Source of the DNA: Akkermansiaceae bacterium
GTDB taxonomy: Bacteria > Verrucomicrobiota > Verrucomicrobiia > Verrucomicrobiales > Akkermansiaceae
Direction of reading: 5' to 3'
Length of the DNA: 50,767 nt
Assembly: GCA_023263995.1 (NCBI GenBank)
Contig: JALQTQ010000002.1
Coordinates: 1 to 50,767, forward strand
Shown here: piece by piece, positions 7,795 through 16,191 of the stretch
Layout: the number at the start of each line of letters is the position of its first letter
Position numbering within the stretch: the first letter of the stretch is position 1
Notes under the pieces: model-generated
Told to the model about the DNA's origin: nothing
Seen by the model: the letters and a program-made list of their open reading frames with translations, nothing else
Databases searched by the model: none
Made by a program: the position numbers and the translations under genes

Positions 7795-7953
7795 ATCCTC
7801 AAACGTCTCGAGCGGGGTTGCTTCGCCCGGCCCAAGCCAGACGACCAGACCAAGGCCAAAATCCACCTCAAGCCCGAAGCCCTCGAAATGCTCCTCAGCG
7901 GGATCGACCTCAAAGACGGCATGCAGCGTGGTTGGTATCAGGAGCCAAATTAG
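7795..7953 (+). pseudogene. tnpB: IS66 TnpB (Orf2), C-terminal part
   Basis: This frame is not in the supplied ORF track. It reads ILKRLERGCFARPKPDDQTKAKIHLKPEALEMLLSGIDLKDGMQRGWYQEPN-stop, matching the IS66 Orf2 C-terminus (KRLE.G.F.WP......L....L..LL.G(I/L)D). Confidence 0.65.
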
Positions 7954-7971
7954 GAAGCACATCGTACCCAT

Positions 7972-9594
7972 TTGAAAAAACAACACAAAGCACCCGGAGT
8001 TGGCACTCTGGGTGCTTCCTTTTCAAGCGTGAGTGAAGAGCTGACCGAGGACCAGAAAACCATCCAGGAATTGCGTGAACGCATCCTTCAACTCGAGCAG
8101 CAGATCGACTGGTTCAATCGCCAGCTCTTCGGCAGCAAGAGCGAAAAAATCAACGCCCAACAACACCCCGACCTCTTCAACCCCGTCGGCCTGGGAAAGC
8201 CCGAGACCTCCTCCGAAAACCGACCGGAGGAGGAAGATAACGAGCCCCAAGAAGCCCCCCGCAAAACAAAAACTCGCCGCCGCCAAACCCGCAGCGAAGC
8301 ACTCCCCGAGGGGCTCGAAATCCGCTCCAGCTACGTCGACCCGCCCGAGTATCGCGAAAACCCCGCCGCTTGGCGGCTCCTCAAAGAAGAACCCCGCCGC
8401 CACCTTGGCAAAGACCCCGGCACCTTTTACATCGAGGAAAAAATCTACCGCACCTGGGTTCCCATCGACACCGATCAGATCCAAGCGAAAGCCATCGGCG
8501 CCAAAGCCCCGCCCACCATCATCCCCGGCGGCTTCTGGCTCTCAAACCTCCTCGCCGAAGTCGTCTGCAATCGCTTCCTCTACCACCTGCCGTACGATCG
8601 CCAGAGCAAACTCTACCAAAGCCGCCACGGAGTCTATCTCCCCAAGCAAACGATGTGCGACGGGGCCCTCCACCTCGCCAACCAATGCCAAATCCTCGTC
8701 GACCTCATGAAGAGCGACATGCTCCAGTGCGGGTGCTTGAGAGCGGACGAAACCGAGGCTCGCTTCCGCGATCCTGACAAACCCGGCACCACCGGGCGCG
8801 GGCGCTTCTGGCTCTACAAAGGCCTCAATGGCAACGTCATCTTCGACTGGACCCTCGGTCGCGACCACCAACACTTCCTTGACTGGATCGGCCTGGACTT
8901 CGAAGGCATCATCGGAAGCGAAGCCTACGAGGTGTATCCAAAATACTGCCGCCTTCAAAAAGCGCGAGGCAAGAAAACCCGGCGTGCCGCCTGCCTCGCC
9001 CACATTCGGCGTCAATTCGAAGAAGCCCTCAAAACCAGCCCGCACCTCGCCAAATGGTTCCTCAAGATTTTCGGCAAACTTTACCAAATCGAAGCCACCC
9101 TCAACGAGCGTGAGGCTGATGAAAACACCACCGCACGCTACCGCCAAAAACACAGCCTCCCCCTCATAAGACTTCTCAAAAAAGCCAGCCTCCACCTTCG
9201 AGACCAAAAAGCAGGACGTCCCGCCGGACCTCTTGGCAAAGCGGTGCGTTATCTCCTCAACCAAGGAGAGGACATCGAGACCTACCTTTTCCATGGCCAG
9301 GTCGAGATTGACAACAACGGGATCGAGAGAGACGTCCGCCCCCTGGCTGTCGGCCGCAAGAATTGGCTCTTTATCGGAAGCCCCGAAGCAGGCCAACGGA
9401 GTGCCGTCATCTACAGCTTACTGATCAGTGCTCGTCACCACGGAGCAGACCCGGAAGCCTACCTGCGTGGGCTCATCGAGCGGCTTCCAAGCTGCGGGAG
9501 CGACGAAGCATCACTTCGTCAACTCCTGCCCGAAAACTGGGCCGCTGCGCAGGAGCAATCAGCAAGCCGGTCATCGGCCCGCGCCGCCGCCTAA
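7972..9594 (+). CDS. tnpC: IS66-family DDE transposase TnpC
   Basis: The N-terminal leucine-zipper region ends in QIDWFNRQLFGSKSEKI. It is followed by the DDE_Tnp_IS66-like core (LRADETEARF, WLYKG, NNGIERDVRPLAVGRKNWLFIGS) and the IS66 C-terminal motif. The start may be TTG 7972 or GTG 8029. Confidence 0.9.
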   Translation: MKKQHKAPGVGTLGASFSSVSEELTEDQKTIQELRERILQLEQQIDWFNRQLFGSKSEKINAQQHPDLFNPVGLGKPETSSENRPEEEDNEPQEAPRKTKTRRRQTRSEALPEGLEIRSSYVDPPEYRENPAAWRLLKEEPRRHLGKDPGTFYIEEKIYRTWVPIDTDQIQAKAIGAKAPPTIIPGGFWLSNLLAEVVCNRFLYHLPYDRQSKLYQSRHGVYLPKQTMCDGALHLANQCQILVDLMKSDMLQCGCLRADETEARFRDPDKPGTTGRGRFWLYKGLNGNVIFDWTLGRDHQHFLDWIGLDFEGIIGSEAYEVYPKYCRLQKARGKKTRRAACLAHIRRQFEEALKTSPHLAKWFLKIFGKLYQIEATLNEREADENTTARYRQKHSLPLIRLLKKASLHLRDQKAGRPAGPLGKAVRYLLNQGEDIETYLFHGQVEIDNNGIERDVRPLAVGRKNWLFIGSPEAGQRSAVIYSLLISARHHGADPEAYLRGLIERLPSCGSDEASLRQLLPENWAAAQEQSASRSSARAAA

Positions 9595-9636
9595 TCACCG
9601 GCCAGCTCCTCTTGGCGAAAATAGACGACACCCCGG

Positions 9637-9658
9637 AAGGGGTCGCCCGGACGGTTAC
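9637..9658. repeat. IS66 right terminal inverted repeat
   Basis: AAGGGGTCGCCCGGACGGTTAC is the exact reverse complement of 4631-4652. Confidence 0.9.
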
Positions 9659-9792
9659 ATTCATCAAGCCTGTGGCATCCGTGATCCGGAATACTTCGAA
9701 CTCAAATTACGTCATCACACCGCTATGCGTTCGTGACGAAGGAGCAATTTTTCGATGGCCGGACTTTGAAAAACTCGTTTTAGTCCAAGGTC

Positions 9793-12700
9793 ATGAAGAA
9801 ACCTTTTGTATTTTCGATGATCTCCTTCGGGCTGTTGTCCGTTTGGTCATTTGCGGGAATTACCAAAACCAAGCTGGCATCGGCACAGACTGGCGGTGAG
9901 AGTTTGTTCCGGGAGCTTGATTCAAACTCCACTGCGATCCATTTCGTCAATCCCATCGATGAAACCCACGACCTCAAGAGGCTTTACATCTCCGGATTTG
10001 CCGGAGGGGGCGTCTCTTTGGGAGATCTTGATAACGACGGAATGATCGATGTCGTGCTGACGTCGGGCGCACGCGAAAACAAGATTTTCAGGCAGACCGC
10101 GCGATGGAAGTTCGAAGAGGTCGAGTGGGATCCCACGTCCAAAGACCGTTGGTCGAGTGGCGCAGCAATCCTCGATATCGACAACGACGGAGACCTCGAC
10201 ATTTATGTCTGTAACTATGACGTTGCCAACAGCCTTTACATCAACGTCACCGAGCCGGGTGGAGAAATCAGGTTTGAGGAGCAAGCGAAGAAGTGGGGCC
10301 TGGATATCGCGGACGCGAGTTTGAATCCCTCGTTCGCTGATTACGATCTCGACGGAGATCTCGACATCTTCATTCTCACCAGCGAGTTCAAGCGGGCAAA
10401 CGGGCGTCCCAAGGAATTGCCGATTGTCGGCAAGAATACCGCGAATCCCCGTCTCAAGCCGGGCTTTGAGAAGTATTATACCCTCGTGAAACATGGCCCG
10501 GGCAACTATGTTTATTACAACGCGGGGCGGGAGAATATTCTTCTGCAAAATCAGGTGGCTCAAGGGAGCAAGAGCTTTGTCGATGTCTCCAAAGCGGCGG
10601 GGATCAAGGAGCGGACCTTTGGCTTGTCCTGCACCTGGTATGATCATGACGGTGACGGCGATCTTGACCTTTATGTCTGCAACGACTTCGACAACCCGGA
10701 TCAACTTTATCTCAACAATGGCAACGGAACCTTCACGGATGTCATTAAACTGGCCGCTCCCTACACCAGTTGGTATGCCATGGGATCAGATGCTGCGGAT
10801 CTCAATGGAGACGGGCGTTTCGATCTCGTGATTGCCGATATGGGAATGACTAGCCACTACAAATCAAAGACCACGATGGGCGACATGAGTATCCACCGTG
10901 AGTTTTTGGATACCGCCATTCCAAGGCAGACCATGAGAAACACCGTCATGATCAACACTGGAACCGGACGGTTTATGGAAGCGGGCTACATGGCCGGACT
11001 GGCAAACTCCGATTGGACTTGGGCGGTGAAGTGTTCGGATTACGACTGTGATTCTTTGACTGATGTTTTTTTTGCCAACGGAATGGCTCGGAAGACCAAC
11101 GATTCTGATCGCCCGATGCCTCTGTCTTTCATGTTTGGAAACACCGAGTTCGATTTCTTTAAATCCAGCGACACCCGTGAGGAGGATAATCTGGTGTTCC
11201 GAAACAAAGGTGATCTCAAGTTTGAGGACATGAGCGCGAAATGGGGCATCAAGGAGCCTACGATGAGCTACAGCGCCGCGACTGGCGACCTTGACAATGA
11301 TGGAGACCCCGACTTGGTGGTTGGCCATCTTGCGAGACCGGTGGCCTTTTATGAGAACACGACGGGAGACGAAAGAAAACGGATCACCGTTGCCTTGCGG
11401 GGGACTCGGAGTAATTCGCGGGGCGTCGGAGCGGTGGTAAAAGTGACGGCGGGTGGCAAGACCCAGGTCAAGGCGGTTAATCCAATGACCGGGTTCATTT
11501 CCTGTGATGCTGAAGAGCTGCAATTCGGGTTGGGGGAGAGCGATCAAGTCGAGAGCCTCGTCGTTGAGTGGCCCGCTGGTGGGGTGGACCGTTTCGAGAA
11601 TCTGGAGGCCGGTTATCGCTACCTCGTCAGCGAACCAAGGTCTCCCCGCCAGGTTCGCGAAAGGAAGCGCCCGCGTCCCGATTTCATCAAGGTGCAGTTG
11701 TTGAGCCACGGGATCCATCGTGAGTTGCCCTTCGATGACTATCTGAAACAGCCGCTGATGCCATGGAGACAATCACGAATGGGGCCGGGGATTGCGTGGG
11801 CTGATGTGGATGGTGACGGAGATGATGATTGTTTCCTGGCGCAAGCAGGGGGGAGCCCAGGTCAGCTTTCCTTGCAGCGATCTGATCGTAGGCTGGAATG
11901 GAATCCGAGCGAAGTCTTTGCCGCTGATACTTCTTCTGAAGACATGGCACCTTTGTTTTTTGACGCTGACGGAGATGGCCGGGTCGATCTCTTGGTGACA
12001 AGTGGCAGCATTGAGAAAGAGGAGGGGCATGCGGCCTACCGGGATCGGCTTTACCTTGCCGCCGGAGAGCCGGGCCAATTCGCTCCGGCCTACGATTTGC
12101 CGGGAGAGCCCATCAGTTCCAGTGTTGCCGCTGCCGCGGATGTCGACCGCGATGGTGATCTGGACCTTTTCGTTGGAGGTAGGGTGGTGCCGGGGCGTTG
12201 GCCACTCTCTCCTGGAAGTCGCCTGTATCTTAATGAGAGCAAGCCGGGTCAGTTGAAATTCGTGGAAGCTCCCGAGGAGCAGGCGGGGGCACTTGCCGGA
12301 TGTGAGAGGGCCACCTCCGCGCTTTGGACTGATATCGACCGGGATGACTGGATGGATCTCATCGTCACCCACGAATACGGCCCAATCAGAGTCTTCCGAA
12401 ATCAAAAGGGAGTCTTGAGAGAGATGACCACTGAGGTGGGCTTTTCTAAGCGAACGGGGATTTGGAATGGAATCGCCGGCCGTGATCTTGATGGCGACGG
12501 CGATATCGATTACGTCGCCACCAACTTCGGCATCAACACCACTTACAAGGCGACTTCGAAGAAACCCGAATTACTTTATTTTGGCGACCTGGATGGGACC
12601 GGAGAGTTTCGTTTGGTCGAAGCGAAACTTGGAGATGATTGCCAGTTGCCACGAAGAGGGTTGAGTTGTTCCAGCAACGCTATGCCTTCGCTCAAGACCA

Positions 12701-13458
12701 AGTTGGGAACCTACAAGAAGTTTGCAATCTCAAGCCTTGAGGAGATTTACACCCCGAAACGGCTCGAGACCAGTGGTCGGCTTGAGATGAACGAGCTCAA
12801 GAGCTTTGCCTTCATCAACGAGAGCGACGACGAAGGAATCCGCTTCAAAGCCATTCCTCTGCCTCGGATGGCCCAGTTGGCACCGGGCTTTGGTGTGGTG
12901 GTCACCGAGCTGAACGGGGATCATCGGCCCGAACTGGTGCTGGCCCAAAACTTCTACTCGCCCCAAAGGGAGGTGGGTCGGATGTCAGGGAGCGTCGGAG
13001 CCACCATTTTGAGTTGGAATGGTAACGATGGTTTTGAAGTTCTCGAGCCTTATCAAACAGGTGTTTTGATTAACGGGGACACCAAGGGAGTCACGGTCAA
13101 TGAGTTCAATGGGGATGGTATTCCCGACCTGGCGTTTACGGAAAATAGCGGTCCGGTCAGCACCTTCCTCAACACAAGCCGAAAAGGATTCCTGGGTGTG
13201 CGCCTCAAGGGCCGCAAAGGAAATCTTCGAGCCATCGGTGCCCGCCTCACTCTGACTCTCGAATCCGGGAAAGCGCAAACGATCGAAGTCACTGGCGGGG
13301 GAAGTTATCTTTCGCAATCCGGAAGCGTCCATTTCTTCGGAGGAGAAGGTCTCGGAGGCAATGAGGGCGCAAAATTGGAAGTGAGGTGGCCTGATGGCCA
13401 AACCTTCGTCTTAAAGGACGTGAAGCCCGGATTGGTGGAATTGATCTGGACACCGTAG
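9793..13458 (+). CDS. secreted CRTAC1-like protein: two tandem (FG-GAP/VCBS repeats + ASPIC/UnbV) units
   Basis: A signal peptide MKKPFVFSMISFGLLSVWSFAG is present. There are many D.D.DGD.D(I/L) FG-GAP motifs. ASPIC/UnbV-like modules occur at GVGAVVKVTAGGKTQVKAV...EWPAG and GARLTLTLESGKAQTIEVTGGGSYLSQS...VRWPDG. Confidence 0.8.
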   Translation: MKKPFVFSMISFGLLSVWSFAGITKTKLASAQTGGESLFRELDSNSTAIHFVNPIDETHDLKRLYISGFAGGGVSLGDLDNDGMIDVVLTSGARENKIFRQTARWKFEEVEWDPTSKDRWSSGAAILDIDNDGDLDIYVCNYDVANSLYINVTEPGGEIRFEEQAKKWGLDIADASLNPSFADYDLDGDLDIFILTSEFKRANGRPKELPIVGKNTANPRLKPGFEKYYTLVKHGPGNYVYYNAGRENILLQNQVAQGSKSFVDVSKAAGIKERTFGLSCTWYDHDGDGDLDLYVCNDFDNPDQLYLNNGNGTFTDVIKLAAPYTSWYAMGSDAADLNGDGRFDLVIADMGMTSHYKSKTTMGDMSIHREFLDTAIPRQTMRNTVMINTGTGRFMEAGYMAGLANSDWTWAVKCSDYDCDSLTDVFFANGMARKTNDSDRPMPLSFMFGNTEFDFFKSSDTREEDNLVFRNKGDLKFEDMSAKWGIKEPTMSYSAATGDLDNDGDPDLVVGHLARPVAFYENTTGDERKRITVALRGTRSNSRGVGAVVKVTAGGKTQVKAVNPMTGFISCDAEELQFGLGESDQVESLVVEWPAGGVDRFENLEAGYRYLVSEPRSPRQVRERKRPRPDFIKVQLLSHGIHRELPFDDYLKQPLMPWRQSRMGPGIAWADVDGDGDDDCFLAQAGGSPGQLSLQRSDRRLEWNPSEVFAADTSSEDMAPLFFDADGDGRVDLLVTSGSIEKEEGHAAYRDRLYLAAGEPGQFAPAYDLPGEPISSSVAAAADVDRDGDLDLFVGGRVVPGRWPLSPGSRLYLNESKPGQLKFVEAPEEQAGALAGCERATSALWTDIDRDDWMDLIVTHEYGPIRVFRNQKGVLREMTTEVGFSKRTGIWNGIAGRDLDGDGDIDYVATNFGINTTYKATSKKPELLYFGDLDGTGEFRLVEAKLGDDCQLPRRGLSCSSNAMPSLKTKLGTYKKFAISSLEEIYTPKRLETSGRLEMNELKSFAFINESDDEGIRFKAIPLPRMAQLAPGFGVVVTELNGDHRPELVLAQNFYSPQREVGRMSGSVGATILSWNGNDGFEVLEPYQTGVLINGDTKGVTVNEFNGDGIPDLAFTENSGPVSTFLNTSRKGFLGVRLKGRKGNLRAIGARLTLTLESGKAQTIEVTGGGSYLSQSGSVHFFGGEGLGGNEGAKLEVRWPDGQTFVLKDVKPGLVELIWTP

Positions 13459-13523
13459 GGCCGGATTCAATTTTTTGGCGATCGAGACACTTTTAGGTTT
13501 GACGCTCACCACCCTCGATCGCT

Positions 13524-15752
13524 ATGGTCTCCCTTACCTCTTATCCGGGGAAAATTAAATCAATCACACGCGCTATGACAAAAAAATCCATCCCGACCAT
13601 GGCTCTGTCACTGGCATCATTGACCGTCGGCTCGATTGCCAGTGGAACAGTTCTGGCTGACTTTGACGGCAATGGAGTCAGTTACACGGAGGGCACTTCG
13701 GAAGGAGGGCTGCCACCTGGCATTACTCCGGGGGGGCCGACCGGCTCTTTCTTCAGCCTGCTGAATAATGTGACCAGCCAGCGGCCTTACATTGCCTTCG
13801 ACTCGGATGAAAACGATCCCGTAGACGATTACACCGGCTGGACCCAAGCCACTTTGACGATGGACTTTCGGGCCGACAATATTTTGGCCGATGGATTCGG
13901 GATCAATTTCCTCGATACCAGTGTTCACGGTCATACCGGTGGCATCGGCTACGAAAACGGGTTGGGGGCTCCGGGAGTCGAGGAGCGCGCGTTGATTCCG
14001 AACTCCTTTGGAGTTGGCTTCCGAACCTTTCAGGCAACCAATGCCACAGTCACCTACGACGCGGTGGATCTCTCCGGGGATGTTGCTTACCCCGTTCCTC
14101 CGCCCACTTGGGCTTCTCTTTCCATCAATCTTGAGCGCAATAACATCACCAAGGAAGCAACTCTGGACTTGACCGTTTATGATCAGACCGGGCAGGGCGG
14201 GAATTCCCAAAATATCTTCACTGATTTTGCCATTCAGGATTTCTTGATTGAGGATTTCCGTGTCCAGATCGGCGGTCGAACCGGCGGTTCTGCCATGACC
14301 CTCGAACTCGATAACATCGAACTTGATGTCACGGTCCCTGAGGTCCTTGACACCGACGGCGACGGACTCCCGGACGAGTGGGAGGTTTTTTATGATCTGG
14401 ATCCGAATGACAATGGGCTCGATCCAAACAACAACGGTGTTCCTGGGGATCCCGATCAGGGAGCGGCCGGGGATCCCGATTCTGACGGTCTCACCAATGA
14501 GGAGGAACTTGCCCGCGATACCAACCCGTCCAGCAATGACTCGGATATGGATGGCTTGACGGATGATGTGGAAGATGGTGGCGGCGTCTGGCGGGGGCGG
14601 GATCAAACAGGAACCAGCCCCAGCAATGCAGATTCCGACGGTGACGGCCTCTTGGATGGCGTCGAGGATCCCACCGAACCATTTGTCGATGAGAATCAGT
14701 CCGGGAGTGATCCGAATTCGGGTGATTCCGATGAGGATGGTTTAGGTGACGGCTTGGAAATTGACCTTGGACGTAATCCGACGATCGATGATCCCATCAA
14801 CCCTTCGCCTGGCATCGTGGCCGACTTTGATGGAAATGGAGAAAGCTTCATGGCTGAGGCTCGTCGTTCTGGTCGGAAGGGTCAATGGATTCCCGCCAAC
14901 GGAAATTCCGATGGAAACTACTATGCGCTGCTTGAGAACATCGGAGATACCGGGAACTTCATCGCGTTTGAATCTGCTCAGGATCTCACCGGCTGGGAAA
15001 ACTTTTCATTCCAAATGGATTATCTCGCGCAAAACGTGCAAGCGGATGGTTTCGGGGTGAATTTCCTCTCAACCGAAAGTCACGGGGACTCGGGTGTTGT
15101 TCCCGTTCTCAGCGAAGAAGAACGGGCCCTCATTCCCAATTCCTTTGGAGTGGGCTTCCGAACCTTCCAAGCCACCAACTCCACCATCACCTGGAATGGA
15201 TCGGACGTCAGTGGTGATACACCCTACACGCTGACCACGGACGTTTGGGCGTCGGTAGGAATTGATGTTGCTCGTGATCCCGACACCTTGGATGCCACGG
15301 TCAACGTGACCGTGTATGACCAACCAGATCGTCAAGGAAACGCTCAAAACGTGTTCACCGACTTTGCGATTCCCGCAATGGACCTCGAGGATTTCCGGGT
15401 CCAGGTGGCCGGAAGGACGGGAGGCTCTGCCATGGCTTTGGCCATTGATAACGTCAAGCTCTTCGTTGATCAGATTCCCGGACAGGGGGGCGCTCTCGAG
15501 ATTTCTTCCATAAGCACCGAAATCGTTCCGGGCAATCCTGATACTGTTTCCGTGACCATTACTTGGAACTCACGCGAAGGTGAAACCTATTCCATCCTAG
15601 CGCATGACAATCTCGCTGATGAGTTTGATCTTTGGGAAGAATTGAATGACAGTTACAACGCCACACCTGGCCAGGAAACGACCTCATTTACCGAGACCGG
15701 GATTCCTGTCGGCACAGTCAGGCGGTTCTACGTGGTGAGAAACGGTCTTTAA
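13524..15752 (+). CDS. secreted protein: two paralogous lectin/LamG-like domains flanking thrombospondin type-3-like Ca-binding repeats
   Basis: A signal peptide follows the second ATG (13575: MTKKSIPTMALSLASLTVGSIASG). Duplicated blocks are ADFDGNG..., ERALIPNSFGVGFRTFQATN and FTDFAI...EDFRVQ(I/V).GRTGGSAM.L..DN(I/V). D.DGDGL.D..E repeats span about 14349-14760. Confidence 0.7.
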   Translation: MVSLTSYPGKIKSITRAMTKKSIPTMALSLASLTVGSIASGTVLADFDGNGVSYTEGTSEGGLPPGITPGGPTGSFFSLLNNVTSQRPYIAFDSDENDPVDDYTGWTQATLTMDFRADNILADGFGINFLDTSVHGHTGGIGYENGLGAPGVEERALIPNSFGVGFRTFQATNATVTYDAVDLSGDVAYPVPPPTWASLSINLERNNITKEATLDLTVYDQTGQGGNSQNIFTDFAIQDFLIEDFRVQIGGRTGGSAMTLELDNIELDVTVPEVLDTDGDGLPDEWEVFYDLDPNDNGLDPNNNGVPGDPDQGAAGDPDSDGLTNEEELARDTNPSSNDSDMDGLTDDVEDGGGVWRGRDQTGTSPSNADSDGDGLLDGVEDPTEPFVDENQSGSDPNSGDSDEDGLGDGLEIDLGRNPTIDDPINPSPGIVADFDGNGESFMAEARRSGRKGQWIPANGNSDGNYYALLENIGDTGNFIAFESAQDLTGWENFSFQMDYLAQNVQADGFGVNFLSTESHGDSGVVPVLSEEERALIPNSFGVGFRTFQATNSTITWNGSDVSGDTPYTLTTDVWASVGIDVARDPDTLDATVNVTVYDQPDRQGNAQNVFTDFAIPAMDLEDFRVQVAGRTGGSAMALAIDNVKLFVDQIPGQGGALEISSISTEIVPGNPDTVSVTITWNSREGETYSILAHDNLADEFDLWEELNDSYNATPGQETTSFTETGIPVGTVRRFYVVRNGL

Positions 15753-15810
15753 GAAATCCTCATCTTGAAAGAGGGCACCTTTTCGTCCCCGTATCTTTCA
15801 CCCTTTCGCT

Positions 15811-15835
15811 GGCTCCGTCTTTTGCAGGCGGGGCC
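15811..15835 (+). terminator. possible intrinsic terminator hairpin after the 742-aa gene
   Basis: GGCTCCGTC-TTTTGCA-GGCGGGGCC forms a 9-bp stem with two G.U pairs. It is followed by ATCTTATT, which is only a weak U-tract. Confidence 0.3.
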
Positions 15836-16191
15836 ATCTTATTGGTGCGTTTGGCAGGGCGCACTGATTTGGGGGTTCAAGCCTTCTGTGGGACTGGTAG
15901 AGGGAGCTACTGGCAGATGACAAGGTAGCCACCGCGAGGCGTGCGCTGAAGGAAAGCGAAGCAAAATTCCGTTTGGATCTTGGGAAGAGGGCCGCAGCTT
16001 GGGGGAGATGAAGGATGAGATTTGAACACGAGATTTGACCATGGAATGCAGGTCGACTGTGGGACTGATGTCCAAGCTCCGTAAAAAGGCGGGCGGTCGA
16101 CCCGGCTCATCGCCAATGGTTATTGGACCACGTTGGGGATAGAGCGTGACGATGGCAGTCTCGAGACAGCCATTCCAAGAGTAGGCTGACT

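Larger units (their letters stand above)
4631..9658 (+). mobile_element. IS66-family insertion sequence (tnpA, split tnpB, tnpC) carrying a nested serine-recombinase unit
   Basis: Perfect 22-bp terminal inverted repeats GTAACCGTCCGGGCGACCCCTT sit at 4631-4652 and, reverse-complemented, at 9637-9658. They have the GTAA start typical of IS66. The IS66 gene order is present. Length minus the ~2.6-kb insert is about 2.4 kb, which is normal for IS66. Confidence 0.85.

Noticed and set aside
7754-8036. ORFs 7754..7975 (+), 7818..8036 (+) and 7792..7986 (-) between the recombinase and tnpC
   Set aside because: The third plus-strand frame over the same DNA encodes the IS66 TnpB C-terminus (ILKRLERGCF...LLSGIDL), which explains the region better. 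The listed ORFs are low-complexity.
14340-14770. Regularly spaced short repeats that could superficially suggest a CRISPR-like array
   Set aside because: They lie in-frame inside a CDS and encode D.DGDGL.D Ca-binding repeats. The units are degenerate and lack unique spacers.
16010-16045. tRNA/tmRNA-like T-loop signature (GATTTGAAC / GTTCAAATC)
   Set aside because: The flanks cannot form a T-stem, and no acceptor or anticodon arms could be drawn. The signal is a tandem GAGATTTGA repeat rather than a tRNA.
16041-16142. Possible trp leader peptide (33 codons ending PRWG-stop)
   Set aside because: It has only one Trp codon, and I could not identify a convincing terminator/antiterminator pair downstream. 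It is kept only as a remark inside the leader finding.
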